NCBI GenBank assembly: GCA_036918135.1
Contig: JBALDB010000054.1
Span: 93,423-157,422, forward strand
Length of the DNA stretch: 64,000 nt
Source of the DNA: Nostoc sp.
GTDB lineage: Bacteria; Cyanobacteriota; Cyanobacteriia; Cyanobacteriales; Nostocaceae
Direction of reading: 5' to 3'
In this document: positions 57,111 through 64,000 of the stretch, one piece after another
Position numbering within the stretch: position 1 is the stretch's first letter
How the letters are laid out: each line of letters opens with the position of its first letter
Position numbers and translations under genes: made by a program
The notes under the pieces: generated by a model
The model's database searches: none
Told to the model about the DNA's origin: nothing
The model's input: the letters and a program-made list of their open reading frames with translations, nothing else

Positions 57111-58757
57111 TTATCGTAAACGTCCCGATCGCAATGTACTAATAATTAACCAAAAGCCTAATAAACTAGCGACTGCAAACAGGACGGTGCTTAAAAAAGA
57201 TAGCTGAGTTGTCTGCGCTCTGGTGGAAATAATTGCCGCACCCATAATCAGCGAACCGACTAAAATACTGAAAGATAGTCGGTTTGCCGCATCGTCCATA
57301 GTCCGCCGCACACCATCTAAACCCCGCAGCGATAGATTCCACTGTAAGGTTTCTGAGGTTACTCGGTCTAATAACAGTTCGATTTGGCGGGGAGATTGGA
57401 GAGACAGACTTTTAATATCTAAAGCTGTCCTCAAAAGCGATCGCAAAGGATTATCGCCCAGTAATTGCCGACGAAACAAGTCTGTAATTAATGGCTTGAT
57501 TTCATCGAAAAAATTCAGCTCTGGGTTGAATGTCCGCGCCACTCCTTCTAAATTTGCCAGAGTTTTGGCATACAATCCCATATTGCTCGGCAACCTAATT
57601 TTATTGTTGCGGGCAACTTGTAAAACTTCATAAATAATCTGACTGAAGTTTATTTCTGTTAGGCTGACATTGTGATACTTTCGCAACATGCGATCGTAAT
57701 CATTTTCTAACCGCGACAAAATTACTGCTTGACCAGAATCCGATAGCTGTAAAGTTAACTGAGCGCACCTTTGAGCATCTAAATCTACGATCGCTAACAG
57801 CATTTCTGTTAATATCTGCTGTGTGCGGGGATCGAGTCGTCCTACCATGCCACAATCTAAAAGGGCAACGCGACCATCTTTGAGATAAAACAAGTTTCCG
57901 GGATGGGGATCGGCATGAAAAAAGCCATCCATATATAGTTGCTGAAAAAATACTCGAAATAACAAAGTAGTTATTTCTTGACGCTCTACAGCAGGGTCTT
58001 TACCGTTATTGTTGCTGTTCAAATCCGCCTCTAAGAACGGCACCCCATCGAGCCATTCCATTACGAGTAATTTTTCAGTGGTCAAATCCCAGTTAATTTC
58101 TGCAACCACTATTTTTGTGGGATCGTACCAGCGACTCTGAGATAAATTACGCCGCAGTTGGTCTGTAAAACCCGCTTCCCGGGTAAAATCCAACTCGTTT
58201 TCTAGAGCTTTAGTGAACTCTTCAGCGATGGATTTGATTTCGTAAGTTTGCCCAAAATCAGTACGCGCTACTAAATCAGCAATGCCTTGAATTAAGGCAA
58301 TATCTTGGGCAATAGTAATATCAATCCCCGGACGTTGCACTTTGAGCGCGACTTCTCGACCATCTATTAATGTAGCTCGATGTGTCTGGGCAATCGATCC
58401 TGCCGCTACTGGGATTGGGTTAATTGTGCTAAAGGTTTCTGCTAGTGATTGTTTTAATTGTTTGCGGATGACTACTTCTATTTCTGACCAGGGAACTGGC
58501 GGTACTTCGTCTTGTAGAGTTGATAGTTCCTCAATGTAGGCAGCGCTGAGTAAATCTGGACGGGTGGAAAGTAGCTGGCCAAGTTTAACGTAGACTGGGC
58601 CTAAGTCTACCAGAATATTTTTTAAAACCGCAGGTGTAGGTAGCTGGGGTTCATCAGTTTTGCCACCGGTAAGCAACCTTCGCATGTAGTCCCAGCCATT
58701 GCGAAGGAAGACTTCAATAATTTCTCGTTGACGGGGAACAGTTTGGGTGAGGAACAT
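57111..58757 (-). CDS. ABC1/AarF/UbiB atypical kinase
   Basis: Start MFLTQT at 58757; LGPVYVKLGQLLSTRPDL, AAGSIAQ.H, VALKVQRP, ELDF..E, FHADPHPGN, LLDCGMVG; two C-terminal TMs. Confidence 0.92.
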   Translation of the reverse strand: MFLTQTVPRQREIIEVFLRNGWDYMRRLLTGGKTDEPQLPTPAVLKNILVDLGPVYVKLGQLLSTRPDLLSAAYIEELSTLQDEVPPVPWSEIEVVIRKQLKQSLAETFSTINPIPVAAGSIAQTHRATLIDGREVALKVQRPGIDITIAQDIALIQGIADLVARTDFGQTYEIKSIAEEFTKALENELDFTREAGFTDQLRRNLSQSRWYDPTKIVVAEINWDLTTEKLLVMEWLDGVPFLEADLNSNNNGKDPAVERQEITTLLFRVFFQQLYMDGFFHADPHPGNLFYLKDGRVALLDCGMVGRLDPRTQQILTEMLLAIVDLDAQRCAQLTLQLSDSGQAVILSRLENDYDRMLRKYHNVSLTEINFSQIIYEVLQVARNNKIRLPSNMGLYAKTLANLEGVARTFNPELNFFDEIKPLITDLFRRQLLGDNPLRSLLRTALDIKSLSLQSPRQIELLLDRVTSETLQWNLSLRGLDGVRRTMDDAANRLSFSILVGSLIMGAAIISTRAQTTQLSFLSTVLFAVASLLGFWLIISTLRSGRLR

Positions 58758-58788
58758 TTTTGTAAACAGCTGCAAAGATGCAGAGGAA

Positions 58789-59085
58789 TTAAAGAGGTAA
58801 GCAACAGGGGATGACAATACAACGGAAGTCGGCTCTAGCTTTGGTACTTGTTAAAGTTTTGCTAGCTGCGGCACAGTCTTGAAATCTTTTTATGAATAAT
58901 TGTACGGCTTGGTAGAGGTTTTGTTCGCTCAGCATCCGTTTGACGAAATTAGAGCAAGAATCACCGCCGTGTAATAAGCGATGCGAGCAACAAAATCCTT
59001 TGGACGGAGAAATATATTTTTGATAGGCAGTAATAGACTCGATTGCTATTGTCTTGGCCAGAGGCTCAAAGCTAATAATCTGCAT
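58789..59085 (-). CDS. yidD: Membrane protein insertion efficiency factor YidD-like
   Basis: I.AYQKYISP.KGF.C.H...G.SCS pattern. Confidence 0.75.
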   Translation of the reverse strand: MQIISFEPLAKTIAIESITAYQKYISPSKGFCCSHRLLHGGDSCSNFVKRMLSEQNLYQAVQLFIKRFQDCAAASKTLTSTKARADFRCIVIPCCLPL

Positions 59086-59163
59086 AACTGTTAGATGAAA
59101 TCAGAGACAGTCAAGTTATAATAGGAAAATAGGCTTTTTAGCCTCTGCCAGGGGTTTTAACTT

Positions 59164-60297
59164 TTATAGTAGGTCGCTGAATCGGGAATCTCTTTGGAGA
59201 ATTTTTAGGATCTGCTTGATTTCCTGGGTAAGTTCTTTTTTGACCACGAGGGTGACATTGCGATCGCGCACAATCACCACATCCTCTAAACCAATAGTAA
59301 CAACTACATCTTCTGGATTTGAGGCATAAATAATCGCCCCCTGCGTGTCTAATCCTACGTGGGTAGCAAGTTCTACATTGGGAGTATCTTCTGTTTTCAG
59401 TAAGCGTTCGATCGCATTCCAATCTCCTAGATCGTCCCAACCAAACTCAACGGGCAATACGTATGCTAGACTTGTCTTTTCCATGAGTGCATAGTCTATA
59501 CTCTTTTTAGGTAACTGAGGATAGATATTAGGGCCGTGTTGTTCTAAAGGTTCAATGATTTCTGGAGCATGGGTGTGTAGTTCCTTGAGAACAACTCCTG
59601 CCCGAAAAACGAACATGCCACTATTCCAGCTAAAACGTCCCGTAGATAAAAAAGTTTCTGCTATTTCACGGTTGGGCTTTTCAGTAAAACGGTTGACGTG
59701 ATAAGCTGGCAACTCATTAAAGCTACCTATTTTTTCACCTTGTTCAATGTAACCGTAACCAGTTGATGGAAAAGTAGGCTTGATCCCCAGTGTGACGATG
59801 GCTGCTGTACTTGTCGCCAGTTGTGTAGCCGCGCTTAATGTGTGTGCAAACGCTTCTTGGTCAGCAATCCAGTGGTCAGCAGGGAAAAAGCCAATCACAG
59901 CGTCTTCTCCATAACGCTGTTTGATTTCTAAACTTGCCCAAGCAACGGCGGCGGCGGTGTCTCTTCCTTCTGACTCAATTAGTAAGTTCCCAGACGGTAG
60001 ATCGGGTAATTGTTGTCGTACCCCTTCAGCTATCTGACTAGAAGTAATAACCCACAAGGAATCCCAACCCGTAGGGGTTCGCCAGTCGTCTAAGGAGGGT
60101 TTCCCTGCTACAACGCCGGACTCACCGCCAGCGAATGTTAACAAGCGATCAGCGGTTGCTTGTAATAAGCTTCTAGAACTACCATCAAGACTTAAAAATT
60201 GTTTGGGTCGGTCTCGCCGACTTAAAGGCCAAAAACGTTCACCTTTACCACCAGCAAGGATTACAGGGAACAATAAAGTATTCATGTTGTCATACAC
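59164..60297 (-). CDS. manC: Mannose-1-phosphate guanylyltransferase with a 19-aa in-frame insertion
   Basis: VILAGGKGERFWPLSR..PKQF, GRDTAAA, PADHWI, TGYGYI, FTEKP, WNSGMF, SIDYALME, GWDDLGDW. Confidence 0.9.
   Translation of the reverse strand: MYDNMNTLLFPVILAGGKGERFWPLSRRDRPKQFLSLDGSSRSLLQATADRLLTFAGGESGVVAGKPSLDDWRTPTGWDSLWVITSSQIAEGVRQQLPDLPSGNLLIESEGRDTAAAVAWASLEIKQRYGEDAVIGFFPADHWIADQEAFAHTLSAATQLATSTAAIVTLGIKPTFPSTGYGYIEQGEKIGSFNELPAYHVNRFTEKPNREIAETFLSTGRFSWNSGMFVFRAGVVLKELHTHAPEIIEPLEQHGPNIYPQLPKKSIDYALMEKTSLAYVLPVEFGWDDLGDWNAIERLLKTEDTPNVELATHVGLDTQGAIIYASNPEDVVVTIGLEDVVIVRDRNVTLVVKKELTQEIKQILKILQRDSRFSDLL
60067..60126. repeat. Small dispersed repeat inserted in-frame in manC
   Basis: CCCGTAGGGGTTCGCCAGTCGTCTAAGGAGGGTTTCCCTGCTACAACGCCGGACTCACC; GC-rich with an internal AGGG-TTT-CCCT hairpin, flanked by ACC direct repeats. 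Confidence 0.7.
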
Positions 60298-60401
60298 AGT
60301 CTACTTAAGAACATTACAAGTTTACAGTCAGGTTTTCCACTGGCAATATTTGTAGCTTGCATTAACATACTTTTAGGGAGTGGTTCAGTGGGGAGATAAT
60401 T

Positions 60402-61919
60402 GTGATAAAACAAGTCGAATGGTCGGAAAATCAGGTCACATCTGAGCAAGTAGCAGAGTTTGAAACCGAAGTGCGATCGCCGCAACTTCAACAGCCGGAA
60501 AATCAAGCAACACCAACACCAGTAACAGACCTCCAAGAGGAGGTAGAACTCAAAGCGCCAGCAAATACGAACCGTAGTGTTGTCGAATCTGTAGGTGCAA
60601 TTACCAATCAGCTTTCTGAGAGACTGGGCTTAACCATGCCTCGATGGCTGTTGTGGATGATGACAGTTGTTATCGGCATCATTTTATCAGGTTTACTGGT
60701 GTCAACGTTAGCGCTTTGGACTCCGTTATGGAGCAACTTAGATAGAACAGATGAAGATTTAGGAACTGCTGGTAAAGATGAGCAAAACATCCCATTACCA
60801 GGAGAGTTATGGAGCAAACTCTCCCAATACCAGCTTTCACGCCCAATGAATATCTTAATTATGGGGATTGAGCCAGTCAACGGTACTGTTGATGGTTCGC
60901 CAGAAAGCTTTGCTGGTAAAAGCGACTCCATGCAGCTAGTAAGGCTCAATCCTGGTGAAAAATCTGTACGGGTGCTTTCGATTCCCAGAGATACGATGAT
61001 TGCCATCCCAGAGAAGGGAGAAAAGGGTTTAACTAAGGTATCTGATGCCAATGCCCAAGGCGGCCCAGTCTTGGCTGCACGGGTAGTTAGCCGTACTTTG
61101 AATAATGCTCCAATCGATCGCTATATTCGCATTTCTACCAGCGGTTTACGCCAGTTAGTCGATCAATTAGGCGGAGTAGAAGTCTTTGTTCCCAAATCAA
61201 TGGAATATAAAGACTCTAGCAGTCGGCTGTCAATTAATTTAGTCAGTGGCTGGCAAACCCTCAACGGCGAGCAAGCAGAACAGTTTGTTCGGTTCCGCGA
61301 ACCAGGTTTGGGAGATCTGCCAAGAGTGCAGCGTCAACAAGCACTTATAGCAGCGCTGTTGCAACGCCTCAATAGTCCCACTGTCTTACCCAGGTTGCCT
61401 CAATTAACTCGCCTAATGCGAAAATACTTTGACACCAACCTGAAACTGGAAGAGATGATGGCGTTGGTAAACTTTGGTCTGAACTTAAATCGAGATAACT
61501 TCCAAATGACTGTATTGCCTGGTACGTTTAGCCGCTTTAGCAAAGACCCTGATAGCTATTGGCTAAACATGACCGGACAACAAAGCCTGTTGAATGATTA
61601 TGTTGGGGTAAATGTACCTGGTCTCAAAGCAGATACTCGCCGGGTTCCTAACCTCAAAATTGCTATTCAAAATGCTTCCAATCAACCTCAACTAACTGAA
61701 AAAGTTATTGCTTATCTTAAACAGAAAGGCTTTACTAATATTTACAAAGTGCCTGATTGGCCAGATACTCAACGCCAAACTCAGATTATTGTTCAAAAAG
61801 GTAACCGACAAGTAGGAGTTGATTTGCAAAAAGTCTTAGGCTTAGGTCAAATAGACGTATCGGCAATTGGGGATTTAGAATCTGACCTCACAATTCGCAT
61901 TGGTAAAGATTGGAAATAG
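60402..61919 (+). CDS. LCP (LytR-CpsA-Psr) family protein with LytR_C domain
   Basis: TM; NILIMG, SDSM.LVR, LSIPRDT, VDQLGGV, QFVRFR, D..RVQRQQ; C-terminal IAIQNAS...DLTIRIGKDW. Confidence 0.92.
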   Translation: MIKQVEWSENQVTSEQVAEFETEVRSPQLQQPENQATPTPVTDLQEEVELKAPANTNRSVVESVGAITNQLSERLGLTMPRWLLWMMTVVIGIILSGLLVSTLALWTPLWSNLDRTDEDLGTAGKDEQNIPLPGELWSKLSQYQLSRPMNILIMGIEPVNGTVDGSPESFAGKSDSMQLVRLNPGEKSVRVLSIPRDTMIAIPEKGEKGLTKVSDANAQGGPVLAARVVSRTLNNAPIDRYIRISTSGLRQLVDQLGGVEVFVPKSMEYKDSSSRLSINLVSGWQTLNGEQAEQFVRFREPGLGDLPRVQRQQALIAALLQRLNSPTVLPRLPQLTRLMRKYFDTNLKLEEMMALVNFGLNLNRDNFQMTVLPGTFSRFSKDPDSYWLNMTGQQSLLNDYVGVNVPGLKADTRRVPNLKIAIQNASNQPQLTEKVIAYLKQKGFTNIYKVPDWPDTQRQTQIIVQKGNRQVGVDLQKVLGLGQIDVSAIGDLESDLTIRIGKDWK

Positions 61920-62080
61920 TCATTGGTCATTAGTCATTGGTCATTGTTACAAAGTTCTGATCGGAGGAAACCTCCGCTCAGACTTTGCGCTTAGTCATTA
62001 GTCTTTGTTAAGCAACAAAGGACAAAGGACAATGACTAAAAACAAAGTACGAAGAACAAAAGGCTAATGACGAAGGACAA
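61917..62080. repeat. STRR heptamer arrays (TCATT(G/A)G and inverted AAGGACA/ATGAC) with a nested GGAGGAAACCTCC element
   Basis: Tandem heptamers visible directly; similar arrays at about 24620-24680, 25850-25880 and 26925-26950. Confidence 0.7.
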
Positions 62081-62091
62081 ATAATAAAGTT

Positions 62092-62598
62092 ATGAAAAAG
62101 ATTTTATTCCGCTTTTTAAGTTTAATTGTAATTTTGACACTAGCATTTATGTGGATAATACTTAATCCCAAACCTGCTTTTGCTCAACTAAACACAATCA
62201 ATTACAACAATATAAATTTAGAAAATCGTGACTTTTCTCATGCTGATTTGGCAGGTGTAACTTTTGTCGCCGCAGAAATGCGAGGGACTAATTTTGAAGG
62301 AGCAAATTTAACCAACGCAATTCTCACTAAAGGAGTTTTATTAAACGCAAATCTAGAAGGTGCTAACCTGACTGGCGCTTTAGTGGATCGCGTGACTATG
62401 GATGGTGCTAACCTGAAAAATGCCATCTTTACAGAGGCAACTTTAACCCGTAGCCGCTTTTATGATGCAAATGTCACTGGGGCTGATTTTAGTGATGCTT
62501 TAATTGACCGCTATCAAGCATCGCTATTGTGTGAAAGAGCCGATGGTATAAATCCGGTTACTGGTGTGTCAACACGAGATAGTTTGGGTTGTAGATAA
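62092..62598 (+). CDS. Pentapeptide repeat protein (exported/lumenal)
   Basis: Signal peptide ending PAFA; A(N/D)L/F repeats; C-terminal LC..A.G.NP.TGV.TRDSLGC. Confidence 0.92.
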   Translation: MKKILFRFLSLIVILTLAFMWIILNPKPAFAQLNTINYNNINLENRDFSHADLAGVTFVAAEMRGTNFEGANLTNAILTKGVLLNANLEGANLTGALVDRVTMDGANLKNAIFTEATLTRSRFYDANVTGADFSDALIDRYQASLLCERADGINPVTGVSTRDSLGCR

Positions 62599-62644
62599 AT
62601 AATCTCATCGTTGACCTTCAAAACAGAGACATTTCTACTCAAGA

Positions 62645-63571
62645 ATGGAAGATAAAACTGCCTTATTAGACTATACATTATTAATTACGAATTTGCTTTT
62701 ATTTTTGTATTATATCAAAGGGAAAAATCTAAAAATTCATGAGCAAACACAGAAGAAACTTAACTTTTATATCGAACCGAAGTTGCTTCGATTCATTGGG
62801 TTATTTATTGGGCAAGTAGGAATAATTTACTTATTTGCTATTTTTGCGATCGTACCTGTGACACAACTTAATTGTGACCGCATAACGCAAAAGTTAGAAG
62901 CTTCCAGTATTGAGCAAAAGTCAACAACAATTATATGTCAACTGAGAGAATTTGATTTTTTTGGTCATGAAAAAAGCCAAAAACAAATTGATGGATTAAT
63001 TGGAACTAGTTTAAAAAAACAAACTAAAACAGATAAAGAGGGAAAAATTATATATGAATATCAAGTTCAGCTATTGACTAATACAGAGAGTATTCCATTT
63101 AGACGAATTCCTTACAGTAATTATTTTTCTGAAGAAGCAGAGTTTATAATATTAAAGATTAAGAATTTTTTGGCACAACCTTTAGAAAAAAATTTATTGG
63201 TTAAGCAAGATGACACTATATTGCTTTATGGTGCAATTGGAATGACCCTATTTTGGTTTTTATTAGGTTTACTGATTATTGCACCAGGTTCATTTATTAA
63301 CTATAATTTTGATAAAGAATCAAATAGTTTCACTCTTAGCCGCTATCGATGGTTTGGGATATTAGGAAAAGCGATTTATTTGTACTCGTTGAATGAAATT
63401 GTTAATGTTAAAGTTGAAAGCTTTAATTATGATGAAGGTGGCACAGGGCATCGAGTTACCTTAATTTTAGAATCTGGTGAAACCGTGCCTTTGAGTGGGT
63501 GCTATAGTTCTGGGTTTCAAGAGGAACAAGAAATAGTTAATATGCTCAAACGTTTTCTTGCTGCAAATTAG
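62645..63571 (+). CDS. Hypothetical membrane protein
   Basis: 308-aa AT-rich ORF with 2-3 TM segments and two similar beta-rich soluble domains. Confidence 0.7.
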   Translation: MEDKTALLDYTLLITNLLLFLYYIKGKNLKIHEQTQKKLNFYIEPKLLRFIGLFIGQVGIIYLFAIFAIVPVTQLNCDRITQKLEASSIEQKSTTIICQLREFDFFGHEKSQKQIDGLIGTSLKKQTKTDKEGKIIYEYQVQLLTNTESIPFRRIPYSNYFSEEAEFIILKIKNFLAQPLEKNLLVKQDDTILLYGAIGMTLFWFLLGLLIIAPGSFINYNFDKESNSFTLSRYRWFGILGKAIYLYSLNEIVNVKVESFNYDEGGTGHRVTLILESGETVPLSGCYSSGFQEEQEIVNMLKRFLAAN

Positions 63572-64000
63572 TAAGTGTAAATCCCACATTCCGCACCCGG
63601 AACTGTCACAAAAGAAATGGCAAAGGATTTTGGGATTAGTTTTTGGATTCAAAACTAAAACTGGAGGGATGGAAAGTTAAAATTCAAATTAGAGTTTGGT
63701 AAAAAATAAATCGGTATAAAAATTACCACACAAAAAAGTAGAGTTACCGAAAATAGAGTAAGTAACTCAAAAAAATGATAAAAAGAATGCTCCCTTCAAA
63801 TGACAATTAAATTAATAAATAATAGCGACGACAAGTATTAGGAAAGAATTGTAGTATCAATAATCTTTCATCACAGAGGTTTGATATTTGTGAAATCCCA
63901 TTAACAATTAACGTGAGTTCGACGGTGAAAAAAAGGCAAAAAGCTTGCTATGCCTGAATTTGTACAACTGGGTAAGCAGTAGGCGATCGCTATAATTAAT

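Noticed and set aside
63909..63925. TAACGTGAGTTCGACG as an IS terminal repeat
   Set aside because: It resembles cyanobacterial IS ends from memory, but no partner end or transposase lies within the window, so it cannot be supported.

Overview
A 64 kb chromosomal window from a filamentous cyanobacterium, very probably Nostocales. It has frequent HIP1 GCGATCGC sites, heptamer STRR arrays, small dispersed repeats/MITEs, hps genes and pirA. No rRNA, intact tRNA or CRISPR array was seen. Left end (1-15.6 kb): an accessory cluster of a filamentous-haemagglutinin/TpsA-like protein, a TPR protein, an exported TPR-CHAT protease, DUF928, a secreted protein, and a tight operon of atypical sigma-70-like factor + DUF1822 + CHAT-CHASE2 membrane protein. 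Three genes of this cluster share an upstream motif, TGCATAA-N16-CCCAT(T/A)-N5/6-ATAGA. This supports a dedicated protease/anti-sigma/sigma circuit and is the best candidate for an undescribed system. Middle: housekeeping and envelope genes (pirA with an NtcA box, 1-Cys peroxiredoxin, hpsL-P glycosyltransferases, glmM, ho1, DUF305 behind a MerR-type promoter, a metal ABC transporter). These are followed by an NLR-like caspase-STAND-14xWD40 gene head-to-head with a Trypco1-like small gene, a Ser/Thr kinase and a CheB / CheB-CheR pair. Right end: ygfZ, mutS2, a decayed restriction-like pseudogene, ABC-2, ABC1 kinase, yidD, a mannose-1-P guanylyltransferase carrying an in-frame repeat insertion, LCP and pentapeptide genes. 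All family assignments come from motif recognition by eye; no database search was run.
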